NCBI GenBank assembly: GCA_951406725.2
Contig: OX597823.1
Coordinates: 88,474,001-88,538,000, forward strand
Direction: 5' to 3'
DNA length: 64,000 nucleotides
Source of the DNA: Octopus vulgaris
Lineage: Eukaryota
Part shown: in pieces, positions 13,159 through 27,138 of the stretch
Numbering within the stretch: the first letter of the stretch is position 1
Layout of the letters: each line of letters opens with the position of its first letter
Made by a program: the position numbers and the translations under genes
The notes under the pieces: model-generated
Databases searched by the model: none
What the model was told of the DNA's origin: nothing
Seen by the model: the letters and a program-made list of their open reading frames with translations, nothing else

Positions 13159-13732
13159 GGAGTACGCCGTTGGTTACGGCGACGAGGGTCCCAGCTGATA
13201 CGATCTGTTTCTTTATTACCCACTAGGGGCTAAACTTAGAGGGGACGAACAAGGAGAGACAAACGGATTAAGTCGATTACATCGAACCCAGTGTGTAAAT
13301 GGTACTTAATTTATCGACCCCGAAAGGATGAAAGGCAAAGTCTACCTCGGCGGAATTTGAACTCAGAGCGTAACGGCAGACGAAATACGGCTACGCATTT
13401 CGCCCGGTGTGGTAACGATTCTGCCAGCTCGCCGCCTTACCCAGCCGATACGATCGACGGAACAACTTGCTCGTGAAATTAACATGCAAGTGGCTGAGCA
13501 CTCCACAGACACGTGTACCCTTAACGTAGTTCTCAGGCAGATTCAGCGAGTCACAGTGTGTGACAAGGCTGGCCCGTTTTTGAAATACAGGTACTACTCT
13601 TTTTTGCCAGCTGAATGGACTGGAGTAAGGTGAAAGAAAGTGTCTTGCTCAAGGACACGACGTGTCCCCGGGAGTTGAATTCACGACCTTTCGATCGCGA
13701 GCTGAATGCCCTAACGTCTAAGCCACGCACCT
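13159..13732 (-). mobile_element. tRNA-derived SINE family C, interrupted by a family B SINE
   Basis: Reverse-strand head GGTGCGTGGCTTAGACGTTAGGGC..GAATTCAACTCCC and GTGTCCTTGAGCAAGACACTT; body matches 26310-26490. Confidence 0.75.
13206..13439 (-). mobile_element. SINE family B (tRNA head plus Meta-domain-like core), nested, with 16-bp TSD
   Basis: TSD CCCAGCTGATACGATC (13190-13205) / CCCAGCCGATACGATC (13440-13455); GCCTTTCATCCTTTCGGGGTCGATAAATTAAGTACC on the minus strand. Confidence 0.85.
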
Positions 13733-14214
13733 TCACTACTTCGCTTATAATGACAAATATAAAGTCTTATAATTCTGAGGGCGTCCATAACAACCACGAA
13801 GCTGGCTAAAATGAAAATTATCAATTTTCCTTAAGCAAAGAAATTAATAATCATTTAAGAAATTAGTCCCTAATTTCTAGAAATTATCTTTCCAGCTCTT
13901 TCAGAATTGATATAATTTAGCTTTAGATTACAAATTACAATTAATTTAGATTTTTATAAACACTGTTAAATACCGCACCAAGCACACTAATTATTAACTA
14001 ATTATCATATAGTTTTTGGGCGAGAATGTAATCGTGTGCGAGAGCGCTTATAGATGTGTCTTTATGGACAACTCTACAGTGGAGAGGAAAATTTGTTCGC
14101 TGATTTAAATTTCTTGCACTGGAAAAATATATTTAGATTAATGACACACAAAATATTATCATTATGATATTCTGCTTCTATCCACAGCACTATTTCTGAC
14201 GTCAGTACTACCCC

Positions 14215-14575
14215 TAGCTGTTGGATAAGAAGCTTGCTTTGAACCACAGTTTCGTGTTCAGTCTTACTACTGGCATCTTGGGAAAGTGTCTTCTACTATT
14301 GCAGCGAGCCCAGTAAAGCATTGTGAATGGATTTGGTCGTTTATATATATGTCTGTGAGTGTGTGTCTGTATTTGTTCTCCCCTATCGCCACATGACAGC
14401 CAGTGTAGTGAATTTACGGCTCCGTAACTTTGCGGTTCGGCAAAAGAAACAGCTAGAATAAGTGTAGGGCTTACAAAATAAGTGGTGAGTGCGATTTGTC
14501 TCAATAGAATCTTTCAAGGTGGTACTCCAACATGGCCGCAGTCAAATGAGTGAAACTCACAAAAGAATAAAAGAA
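14215..14575 (+). mobile_element. SINE family A, diverged
   Basis: Colinear with 30045-30507 (GGCATCTTGGGAAAGTGTCTTCTACTA...GCGGTTCGGCAAAAGA...CATGGCCGCAGTCAAATG). Confidence 0.7.
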
Positions 14576-14714
14576 TATATATTGGAATACAAAAAACGGG
14601 ACAAGTACGCAAAACATCCGGACAGTTAGATGATACAAAAAAGGGACAAGAAAAACGAGGACGGGTCATTCGGAGTTTTCTTTCCTCAGTCGAGTTCCAG
14701 ATTATCTTTGCAAT

Positions 14715-14856
<142 letters not shown>

Positions 14857-14881
14857 TAGGTACCTCAAAGAATGAGTTTTA

Positions 14882-15083
14882 AGGCGTCGAGCTGGCAGAA
14901 ACGTTAGCACGCCGTGTGAAGCGTTATTTCGTCTGCCGCTACGTTCTGAGTTCAAATTCCGTCGAGGTCAACATTGCCTTTCATTCTTTCGGTGCTGATA
15001 AATTAAGTACCAGTTGCGTACTGAGGTCGATCTAATCGACCCCCCCCCTAGAAAATGTGTGCCTTGTGCTCTAGAGTAGAAAA
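14882..15083 (+). mobile_element. SINE family B
   Basis: GAGCTGGCAGAAACGTTAGCACGCC...GAGTTCAAATTCC...GCCTTTCATTCTTTCGG...GATAAATTAAGTACCAG. Confidence 0.8.
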
Positions 15084-16509
15084 TAATATTATGCATATTT
15101 TTTGACGATTTATCAGTTACATATTGTCACTTAATTCATTTCTTTTTAATTTCGTGTCAATCGAATACCCATTCAATTGACTTGGTGAGGAGCGGTTTCC
15201 TGTATGTTGATGTTTACCTAATCCTAATTTCTTACGAATATGATCGTAGTTATACGTTATCAAATATTGACATTGCAGAAAAGATGTGACAGGTGGGAAA
15301 ACTTTATTTTAACTGTAGTGTTCACATTTATCCATAAATTAGAGATAAACCTTTGAGGTGGACGGGGATCATGGATACATAACTGAAATGTTCCGTTTTC
15401 CCTAACAACAATTTCTGTTTAAAATTGGTTAAACCAGTGATACGCTGCAGAGCGCTTACATGTGCTGTTGCAACAAACTATCAGTTTACTTAAATTCAGT
15501 GGAGAGAAATAACATATTCGAGAATGTAATGCTATATATGAAAAAAGAAAAATTGTTAATATGTTAAAGCTTAAATCTCTTTGAGCATACGCTTGATATC
15601 ATCAGAGTTGAGTTATGGCTAAACACCAACAATACCAGCTACGACTCTGATGTTAAACTGTAGAGTTTATTTATTTGTTCTACAGTATTATCTTGAGAAT
15701 AAATTATTATTTTAATATCCTGAGTACTTCAAACGAATGAGCCGGCTGCTGTAGAGAACCAGATCATTACTCTAAAATTCTCCATAAAATTTAACAATTT
15801 ATATAAACGTCCATCATTATTTTAATAGCGAAAATATTTTATTAGATCAACACTGTCTGTGTTTTCTATTCTCATTCGACGTTTATTTAATTGGTTCCGA
15901 AAACTATTTGGAAATAAATTCAGACAATAATTTGATGTAAGCTTTATTTTCATCATTGTTAATTGTTCCGCGCAATCATTAAAAGAAAATATAACCAGTG
16001 TTCATATAATAAAATTCGTGTTGGTTCTAATGAGGTCAATAAGATATTTAGAATTAAACTCCAGTTTACTTCAATTTTATACAGTTTCTCTATGATATAC
16101 TAATATACACACTTCCTTTGTTCTTTTATGGTGTAAACGTCTATTGTTATGCATTAAACAGATACAACTGGGGCACGGAACTTGCTGCCTTTCACTAAGC
16201 TACATTCCAGCCAATCGATCGAACGATTTTATTGCTATAGTTTCAAAGAAAATCGCCACAATCTGACTAATTATGCATTTAGTTATTTTTAGTATAGTAA
16301 AACTAATGATAACCTATTTCGTTTGTATATGAATACGCAGATCAGTGATATCGGTGTGGAAGCTCGATGAAAATGACATCGAAATAGTCTGTTAATTTAA
16401 ACACTATATTCACCAACAGAGCAAAACAAAGCTTTGTGAATAGGATTTTCACCGTTCTCACAGAATTAATGGCTTGTAATAACATTTGACTTACGCTTCG
16501 ATCTTTTAT

Positions 16510-16985
16510 CGTTTACTCGTCTCGAACACTGGACTGCAGCCATTCTAAGGCACCACGACGGGTTGTAGTCGACCAGATGTACGCTTCTCTTATTTTGTAA
16601 GTTAGGTACTTAATAAATCGATGTGATTTCCGAACCGCTAAGTTACGGGGAGGGTAAAAAATAATTTCAGTTGTCAAAGTGGCGGAGGGCAAACCCCAGC
16701 CTAGAGTTACACACGCATAGATACAAACACACTGATATCTAAACACACACACACACCTTTGTTATATATATATATATATATATATACGTATGTATGTTTG
16801 TGTGCATACACGCACACACATGTATAAATTTAACGAATTTAGGCACAGCTGCCTTCTACCGAATTCACACAAGGCATTGGGCAGCCACCAGTTATAGTAG
16901 AAGACACGTGTTCAATGTGCTGCACAGTAGGACTGAACTTGAAACATGTATTTGCAAAAGCGAGCTTCTTAACCACTCGGCCATA
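16510..16985 (-). mobile_element. SINE family A, diverged
   Basis: CCGAACCGCTAAGTTACGGGG and TATAGTAGAAGACAC shared with 59645-60085. Confidence 0.65.
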
Positions 16986-17261
16986 CCGATTGAGAAATAT
17001 ATATCGGTGCTATAATGTTAAACTGTAGTATGTCCAAGTTTTGCCAAATGCGTATCTTTCCGTATTTATTCTTGCTTGCAATAGTCTGTATTTTTTTTGT
17101 CAATCTATCGTATCTCCAGCTGCTTCGCATACCAAGATATCAAAAATTGTCAAAGTGTAGAAAGCAACGTCCTGGACTTATGACAATTTTGCATAATAGC
17201 AACGATACATAGACAGACAGACACACACACACACACACACACAACAACAACAACAACAACA

Positions 17262-17314
<53 letters not shown>

Positions 17315-19214
17315 AGTTAATTCTAGTATCGGTTATCGATTGATACCGGGATAAAGTGAAAGTAGCGACACTACAATTGAAAATGTAAAAGGAAAGAACT
17401 AAATATTGTAAACAATCTCAGAGAACATTCTATCTCCTCTCCCCTCTCATTCTCCGATTGTCTTTCTTAAGGACATTTTATAGGATATTACAATAGCTCA
17501 GTAACTTAGACGGGATAGCACAACCATATGAACATAAAACATGTGTCCTCGTATACGATGATAGTAAAATGTACTTCAGTTGGCTAGCTAAAACAAAATT
17601 AAAAGCTAATTTATATTTTATTAGAACGTTAAAATGCGCATAAACCTACGTTTCTGCTACAAAAACTACTATTAAAAGAGTAATGATTCGGGTATGATAT
17701 TTTCTTGAGGCGAACGTCTCCAAGGCTTGGACAAACAAAAATAGCAGTGAGCTTATTTAAGATATTTGTATTTCTTTTGCTTTTAGTTTAATTTGACACC
17801 GACAACGGCAAACCTTTTTAATAAGTGGATAAGTGGATAAGTGGATTTAAAATTAGGATTTTTTACTACCACTTGCCAAATAGACAATACCTATACGTCG
17901 GTTATGTGGAGGAAATAAATTCAGGAATGATGGCATGGTATCTGCAGAGATAAGATAATATCTTGAAAAGATCCTCTCTAATATACAAATAAAAATTATG
18001 AAATTTTCGTTTAAGTTATTGATAAAAATATAAAACAGAAAAATACACTTCTTTTTTTGCTCTTATATATTTTAAAAATTTATAGGATGGGGGTCAATAA
18101 TCATCGGCAATTCTAAGAAGAGGTCAAAGATATAGCATGTTTGTCAAGCCCTTGACAAGATATTTTCAAGATGATAATAGTGGTGGCAGTGACGGCGAAA
18201 ATCTTGGCACCTACAGTCACCTCACTGATAATATCAAACAACTGAGAATGAGAATGATTTCTTTAGGTAGAGATGAGTATCAGCCTTGGGTACGGGGAGA
18301 GTGGGAGAGCAATGTAGGAATTGTTTAAGCGCTGGCTGGCCCTGCTTGTGAGGGAGGACAGTTTGAAATTGTTTGATGTATATACAGTGAAAATAAGTTT
18401 TAATTAAGAAGGAGAGAAGAAAATGAGTTGAAGAGTTTGGTGAATTTATTATGTGTTGGCAAGGTTTCATATCATTTGCTCTAAGTCGAGGTTAGGCATT
18501 CGGTTGAATACTTAAAGGCCGATACAATACGACTCAATACACAAGTCAGATTTACACTTACACGTTTTCTATCTACAACTCAGTGGAGAGAATAATTTCA
18601 TTCTGTGTAGGGTAACCATAAACACTATGGGTTTATTCTTTCAGAGTCCGAATAATTGAATGCTTTAGCCAAATATAACTCGAACTGGTGACAAGGGAAA
18701 TCTTGTATGTTCAGTCGAAAAATTGTTATGTTACACCGTATTAACATTTCTTAGTTGTATATTGATTGCATTCTGGCCTAACCGTGTACACAAGATAATG
18801 CAGAGAAGTAATCAATAGATGCTAATGAAATATAAATTCTATGACCTTTCCGACAAAGTCCCACGAGGAATATGTAGTAACGGACATTATTTACTCTGAC
18901 GTATAAACCTCCACAACTTGATTTCGATAATGACGTCAGAACACAATTGACCGTAACTAAATAAATACATATTGTATGACTTAACAGCATAGTGTTCATG
19001 CTTGTATATTATGTTTGCTGGAGGAATATAACATAACTGCATTACATAAACTATTTTAGGGAGACCTGTTACTGAAACGAAATGAAATAACTGATGGTTT
19101 ATTAACAAATCTGAATACACAATAGATTAATCACAAATATTTCAATGTGCTGCCTTGGAATTTGCTTTGCAATAACACGACAACTAGTATACGGAGCTTA
19201 ACAGGAATATACCA

Positions 19215-19263
<49 letters not shown>

Positions 19264-19286
19264 TACATATATATATATGTATATAT

Positions 19287-19699
19287 ATTTCTTTACTGCC
19301 CACAAGGGGCTAAACATAGAGGCGACAAACAAGGACAAACAGAGGGATTAAGTCGATTATATCGACGCCAGTGCGTAACTGGTACTTATTTAATCGACCC
19401 CGAAGAGATGAAAGGCAAAGTCGACCTCGGCGGAATTTGAACTCACAACGTAACGGCCGGCGAAATACCTATTTCTTTACTACCCACAAGGGGTTAAACG
19501 TATAGGGGACAAACAAAGACAGACAAACGGATTAAGTCGATTATATCGACCCCAGTGCGTAACTGGTACTTATTTAATCGACTCCGAAAAGATGAAAGGC
19601 AAAGTCGACCTCGGCGGAATTTGAACTCAGAACGTAATGGCCGGCGAAATACCGATAAGCATTTCGCCTGGCGCGCGAACTTTTCTGCCAGCTCGCCGC

Positions 19700-19700
<1 letters not shown>
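19287..19700 (-). mobile_element. SINE family B, dimeric
   Basis: Two tandem ~183-bp bodies joined at GAAATACC|TATTTCTTTAC, with a single tRNA head at 19640-19700. Confidence 0.85.
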
Positions 19701-19761
<61 letters not shown>

Positions 19762-19807
19762 GTATATATATATATATATATTGTATGTATGTATGTATGT
19801 ATGTATA

Positions 19808-20928
19808 TTGAGAGTCATCCTATAAGCATTGTGTTTTTGTATACTTCTTTTATGTTACAAAATTAAGATAAACAAAGTTCTTTTTTAATCTAAAATATAC
19901 TCTCCTTCATTTTCTACAATGCTGTTCTATCTATTCGGCAGACTTGCAAGGTCTCCCTCCCAAAATTTACTTGTCTGTGACCAAAAAACACTCCTCTACA
20001 CCTCATCGGTGCGGCTGAGCATTATCTTGATGTATGTGGCCGAGCATTACAAGGTTTAAAGAAAACCCTTCATCTTGAAACCAAAGATGTTCGTTTCTCT
20101 TCTGGTGCTGACTTGAATGACTGGTTAAATGAACAAAGTCCAAGTTTTCCCTGATACTTCCTCAACGGTTACAATGGGATATTGTTCCACCAGGGTTTGC
20201 AGGACGTCCTCGTCGAGTCCTATAGATCTTGCAGGACGAGGCTCGTCCCCTGGGCTGTAATGTTCGGCTCGGAATTTCTGGAACTACCGTTGATAATGGC
20301 TTTCGATTATTGTTCGATCCCCATATACTGCATTAGTATTCCTCACACTTCCGTTGTAACTTTATTGACATTTATTGTTGACGTTATTGAACTCATTATG
20401 CAAAATATGCATAATGAGTCATTTCCATTATAGCTTTGAAAAATAATTGTTAAAATCGAACTGCACTCTTCAGAACTTGCACTGAGAATAAATGTTGTTG
20501 TTGTTGTTTGTTCCTTCTTGACCGATGCCTGGGACAGAAGGGCCAGATTCCCGGCGTATAGGCTCCCCACATAGGCCGGACGCCGGTCTGTCACAGGAGA
20601 GCTGCTAGATGCAGGAGGAAAGAGTGAGGGAAAGTTGGGGCGAAAAAGTCAGCAGAAGTTCGCCATTACTTTCTGTCGGAGCCGCGTGGAGTGTAGATGT
20701 TTCGCTCGTAAACACAAACATCACCCGGGCTGAGATTCGGACCCGCGAACCCTCGATCGCGTGTCCGCTGCTCTAACCACTAGGCCATGTGGCTCCACAC
20801 TAAGAATAAGTATAAGGTAAAATTACTCCCTGCTTTTATAGCAAGGTGACACAGGCAGCAATTTGTCCTGTCCGCCTCCGAATTTTAGTTCATGCATTTG
20901 AAAAATCTGCATTACTTATGTGATGACC

Positions 20929-20930
<2 letters not shown>
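19808..20930 (-). mobile_element. Internally deleted mariner fossil interrupted by a SINE
   Basis: Degenerate TIRs (GTCATCCTATAAGCATTGTGTTTTT / AAAAATCTGCATTACTTATGTGATGAC). Minus strand gives VYGDRTI..FQKFRAEHYSPGDEPRPARSIGLDEDVLQTLVEQYP (mariner HTH region, 20170-20330) and LPNR*NSIVENEGEY (C-terminus, ~19895-19945). Confidence 0.7.
20493..20800 (-). mobile_element. tRNA(Arg)-like SINE with (CAA)n tail
   Basis: Reverse strand: TGGCCTAGTGGTTAGAGCAGCGGACACGCGATCGAGGGTTCGCGGGTCCGAATCTC (A and B boxes, ACG anticodon-like), ending in CAACAACAAC. Confidence 0.75.
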
Positions 20931-20988
<58 letters not shown>

Positions 20989-21252
20989 ATATAATATATA
21001 TTATATATATATAAAATATATATGTGTATATATTATATATATATATATAAAATATATATGTATCTATATATATATATATATATATAAAATATATATGTAT
21101 CTATATATATATATATATAATATATATGTATATATATATATATAAAATGTATATGTATATATATATATATATGTGTGTGCATATATATATATGCATATAT
21201 ATATATACATATATATATACATATGTGTATATATATATATAGATATATAAAA

Positions 21253-21283
<31 letters not shown>

Positions 21284-21341
21284 GTGCATATATATATATG
21301 TGCATATATATATATGCATATATATACATACATATACATAC

Positions 21342-21400
<59 letters not shown>

Positions 21401-21432
21401 TATGTGTATATATATATATATATTTATATATA
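20929..21432. repeat. Compound (TA)n/(TG)n low-complexity tract
   Basis: Direct observation. Confidence 0.95.
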
Positions 21433-21866
21433 AAGCGAGAGAGGGAGAGAGAGGGGGGTTGTTATATTGTCATATCAGAAATTTTATCCAACTTTAAATA
21501 TTGCTAAGGGCACACACAGAGACATATAGGAATGTTTCACTTTCTCACTTTCCTTCTCTCTCCCTCTCTTCCAGCCTCATTACTCACGCATAAACAGTGA
21601 AAGAAACAGATACACCTATGCATAGGCAATATGCTTATCAAATTTTCATAACATATCTCTCTATTACTTAATGGATATTTACATATGTTAAATATCGACT
21701 TCACACAAAAATATATAAAATATTCCTAATCTGCATACATTGTCACGGATTTATAGATACACAAGCACACACACATAAAAACACACCTGCGTACATATAA
21801 ACATTATAATATATATCTGCTTCTCTACATTTATAGCAGGTGCGTGTATTTACTCACATACGTACA

Positions 21867-21926
<60 letters not shown>

Positions 21927-22329
21927 TACTCACAAACATCTTTATGCATTCAAGTATTCATCAATACATGCATATTATGCATATTTACGGATGAACATCT
22001 TATCAAGATTATGTATATTTTTTTTCCATTTCAATAATTTAATTTCAAGAATTTTCTCGTTTTTTTAAATAGTAAAAAAACATGTAAATTTTAATATACC
22101 TTCTATATAATAAATATATTGTGTTGAGTCATGGAATTTTCGCGTACCAAAACATTTAGCATTGCGGCAATGTGAGAATTAACTATTTAATCTGTACACA
22201 ATGTGTATCCTGACTGTTCACGAGAAGACTAGCAACCATTTCTCTAAGCTGAGGTATTTCTACCTATGGCAATTGCGTTTTTTTTATATTGTCCGGTATT
22301 TTATTTTCATCTCCCATGGAATCAGGAAA

Positions 22330-23450
22330 TGATTTGTATGATAAAGAATAATCTGGACTAATGACACGCCAGCGATGTCAGAAGCAAGATCTGCATTTCA
22401 GTTTCTATGAAAAGGCGAGTTTCAAAAGCGAAAGGATTTTATGTTCCATCAGATGTCACAAATAATTCTGCCTTCAACAAAGAAGGTCAGAGATCAAACA
22501 ACCCAATTGCGAATTTTATTATGGGAAAAGCTCTTAGCTCATGATCTCGACTTAATTATATATTGCCATGGATGCACGCTCTCACTTGCATCATTTCTAC
22601 GTAAATACATGATACATTTGAAGAGAAAAAAGAACTCAATATGTGATTTTGGATAACGGATGTGTCCAAAGTCCTCTCCTTTTAGAAAATCATGGTTACG
22701 TGGTAATTTTTTTCTGAGCTATATAATGATACAATGCAGTATGCCTACTTTGATTAAAGTTTTTGAGCAGCTGAATTGATGAAACCATCAGACGCCAGAT
22801 GGAATGATAACTCATTAAATCTATTGATTCCTTGAAGGGTTTCATAACCAAAGACGAAAACGTTGAGATGAAATTATTTTAAAATGTAGCAAAATTAAAG
22901 AATTCTTCAGTAATTGGTTTTGTAAGTAGTGAAGAATGGCACTTCTAGAATTTTCTAGTTGTCATACTTGCAATAATTAGAATACACTGTATAAAGAATT
23001 TAGTGCATATTTCCTGCACCGAATGCTGAGTAGTTGGATTAGAAGCCAGTGTATTTAAGTTTTCAGGTACAAAGTTTAGTGTAGATTCTTACGATACATT
23101 TCTGTAGTCAAAATATCTAATCATGAAACAAGAGACATGTTTGATAAGAAATCAATCAGAAAAATGTGCTCCAGTATCGTGCATTTTTTATCCAAATTTA
23201 TCAGAAGAGAGGCGATGCATGCATTGCTTTCATACGTGTCTTTGAAATTTGATTTTTCAATGCTGTTTCAAAAGGAACCAAAGAAACAAAGAAGAAATTG
23301 AATTTAAAAAAAAGACTTGTGTTATTCCATTTCAACCATTCCATCACGTATCCGGGAATTGGTGAAGAACTAAGACAATCAATCACAGATTACTCATTGA
23401 CTGTGAATTTTATCAAAAAAAAATGGAAGTACAATAGAATGAAATTCTAT
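22330..23450 (+). pseudogene. Decayed hAT (Buster/Charlie-type) transposase
   Basis: Ordered degenerate motifs: TNDTPAMSEARSAFQ (like TDGAPAMxGxRSGF, 22357-22401), SWLRGN (like RWLSRG, ~22690) and AYLIKVFEQLN (like LAYLxDIFxxLN, ~22743). Many stops and frameshifts. Confidence 0.5.
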
Positions 23451-23764
23451 TAGAGTTGAGTTTTAATACTTCAGAAATATTAGTAATTAGTTATGCGAAT
23501 GCAAATACAACCGTAATTTTATTCTTTTTTTAGTTGTAAGAATTCATTCAATTTAAATACGAATGTAATTAAAACAAACCAAATAAAATGATTTTTGCCA
23601 TATTTAAAACCCTAAAATTCGGCCATACTTGAAAATCATTTCTTTAATGTATTGACAGAGGTTTTTATTATTTAGGATATATATATATTAGAAAAAAAAC
23701 ACCTTTTATCAAATCAAAATGGTGTAATTTAATTTTTCATTTTGAATTGATAAAAGGTGGTTTC

Positions 23765-23848
<84 letters not shown>

Positions 23849-24870
23849 ATATTATATTATATTTTGTGAAATTTGATTTAGTATTTCTAAATTGAATTTT
23901 TCCCTGTAAGTTTGGAATAATATTCCCTCATATTATTATTATTATATATAAATCCCCATCTGTATTAGTGTATTGAGCATTTTACGCTCCAATTCTTTTT
24001 TTCCCAGTGTAAACTTCCAGTTTTGATTGAATAAGAATTCCAAATACTTCTCAAAAATTACTTTCGTCAATGTGTAGTTTATGCATGCTCCGTTCAAGAA
24101 TCTTCTTCTAAATCCCTAAGGGAACTTCAAGTCTGACATTTATACAGTTCTGTGTGAATTCTCGAAGATATTACCCCCTTATTACTTGCTCCTAACTCCA
24201 TGTCTTTCCTTCAGGTCTGATGCACTTTTGAATGGATTTCACTCTTTACGTATCATTCTTTAACTCAATATCTTGGCCATTTCACTCTTCATTAAATATA
24301 TCATTACGTGTTACACTTTAAACATTATAAGATATATGTTTGAGCAAGTACGAAGTTATCAAGATTTTATTACGCAAAATTTATACCATTATTTAACCGT
24401 AACACGCATACGCATACATGTATATTTATATAGCGTGTGTGTATATGTGTGTTCCAATTAATGTGTATCTATGAGTGTATCTTTGAAACTATTTTTTATG
24501 TGTAAGTTTTAATATGGGTGCGGTTGTTTTTAATTAAATCTATGGTCAGTGAGGAATATAAAGTTGCAAGTAACATCATGTATATATTAAGAAAAATACC
24601 CGTTAGGTAAGAAAATATCGACAGACTTCAATTTTTCCATCCAACAGTTAAAATGGCTTATTTTACTTCGTGTTTTAGAGTTTAAAGAAATCCTATGTTT
24701 CACGTCTGCCGAAGTTTCGAAATTCACAAGCTATTCACACACACACACACACACACACGTATATCTACATTTAGCTATACATATATGCACATATATATAT
24801 AAATGTACATATTCATATACCGGTATATACGTATATACGTCTGTGTGTTTGCCTATGTGTTTGGTGAGTG

Positions 24871-24912
<42 letters not shown>

Positions 24913-25516
24913 TGTGTTTGGTGGGCAGAATGTATACATAGATATATTTATTCATATATTTAAAGAGACATAAATGGAAAATATATTCAAATATTTACGC
25001 TGAAAAAAAACATGCAAAAATGTATTTAGAATACAAAAGATGAAGACCAACCTCTGAGATTCATTTTCAGTTCTTGAAATTAATACTCCAAAATTTTCGA
25101 TAAATTATTGAAATTTACCTACCTGAAATTAAAACAAAATACATAATGTCAGTTATTTGACTTTATCAATTATGAATGGAAGGGAAGTTCGTGATTTATA
25201 GCTTAACCGGTTTCTTTTTTTTTTGCTCGTTTGTTGACTATAAGTTTTTACCACGAACTACAATAAATCAAATATCATATTAAAATATTTGACATTAATG
25301 ATCAGACTGAATATTTAATTTAGTTTTATTCTAAGCTTTGACAATAAAGAAACAGAGAAACTTAATATAATTATTTTAACACATCTGTTTCATTTGAAAT
25401 GCTACAACTCACCAGGCATGATATTCACTAAACTTCATATTTCCGGTTATGAAGACAATGTGAACATATAGGTATACAAATATTTATTTATGCGACCAAT
25501 TACGAATACACAAACT

Positions 25517-25575
<59 letters not shown>

Positions 25576-25641
25576 CCATTCAGAAATATATATACACATA
25601 TGTATGTATATATGCGCCCGCACTCACACGCACACATATAC

Positions 25642-25681
<40 letters not shown>

Positions 25682-25961
25682 CTCATCCTCTTCCACATGT
25701 ATATATATGTATACCTCATATACATATATATCCACATATGTGTATATCCACACACACACATATATATATATACGTATGATCAAAAGTATTCGTCATTTAT
25801 ATTTCTTATCTCACTCATAAACATAGTGAATTACTTATATGTATGCGTGTGTACATATATAAATATTTAATATCATTTATATAAAACTCAATGTATATAT
25901 AAAAATAATTAATAAGTATATAGATTGGTATACATAATACATGAGCAACTGTGTGAGAGTT

Positions 25962-25992
<31 letters not shown>

Positions 25993-26041
25993 TATGTATG
26001 AACACAAAGTTATACATACATACTTTAATACATGTGTGCAC

Positions 26042-26112
<71 letters not shown>

Positions 26113-26309
26113 TGATGTAGATATAAATGAATTATGTGATTCAATAGAATCTACGCACATCAACGTATAGAACTTCAAAGATGGCTGGGTACAATAACAA
26201 AATGCTCAAGGTAATGGAAAACAACAATGAATGTCTCTGGTGTTGGTGTGATAGAATAGATACATAAGTAGCAATTAAACGCAAATCCGACTCAGGTTAC
26301 AAGCCATAT

Positions 26310-26640
26310 CGTGGCACTCCGTCGATCACGACGACGAGGGTTCCAGCTGATCCTATTAACTGAACAGTGTGCTCGTGACATTAACGTGCAAGTGGCTGAG
26401 CACTCCACAGACCCAGCGCCCTTAATGTAGTTCTCAGGCGGACTCAGTGTAACACGGAGTGTGACAAGGCCGGCCCTTTGAAATACAGGTACAATCAGAA
26501 ACAGAAAGAAAGAGTGAGAGAAAGTTGTGGTGAAAGAGTACAGCAGGATTCGCCATCATCCCCTACCTAAACCTTGTGGAGCTTTAGGTGTTTTTACTCA
26601 ATAAACACTCACAACGCCCACTCTTGGAATCGAAACCGCA
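26310..26640 (-). mobile_element. SINE family C body joined to a 20493-type segment
   Basis: 26310-26490 matches 13160-13590; 26505-26640 resembles 20615-20745. Confidence 0.65.
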
Positions 26641-26684
26641 TTTTTTTTTGTGTGTGTCTGTCCACATATATCTAGTATTCCATC

Positions 26685-27138
26685 AGTAACGAGGATGAGT
26701 GTTCCAGTGAATCCGATGAACGGAAAATTTGCGCGTGATGATAACGTACACGTAACTGAGCACTACTCAATCAGGCGTACATTGAGTGAAGTTCTTAGGG
26801 AGATTCAGCATGACACAAAATGTGACAACGCTAGACCTTTGAATGAGAAGTGCTTAGCGGCATTTTGTTTGTTTTTACGTTCTGAGTTCAAATTCTGCCG
26901 AGGTCGATTTTGCATTTCCACTTTCGGGGTCAATAAATTAAGTATAAGTTTCGCACTGGGGTGAATCTAATCGACTGGCTCCCTCCCCAAAATTTTCGGG
27001 TCTTGTGCTTTGAGTAGAAAAGAAGTACAACTCATTTTTGTCACTTGGGTGGACTGGTTTAAGGTGAAATAAAATGCCTTGCTTAAAACAATCGAACTCA
27101 CTACGATACGATCATGAGCTGAAAACCCTAACCACTAA
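26685..27138. mobile_element. Diverged family C SINE (minus) interrupted by a family B SINE (plus, ~26850-27022)
   Basis: CTGAGCACT..GAGATTCAGCATGACAC..GTGACAA, then TTACGTTCTGAGTTCAAATTC..GGGGTCAATAAATTAAGTA, then family C resumes (CTCATTTTTG..GTGGACTGG). Confidence 0.6.

Noticed and set aside
18290-18480. Possible LINE 3' remnant (minus-strand PKLFN-like motif)
   Set aside because: Similarity too weak to call by eye.
20735-20800. tRNA-Arg-like sequence (similar heads at 13670-13732 and 5945-6009)
   Set aside because: No acceptor-stem pairing and it continues into a SINE body; not a tRNA gene.
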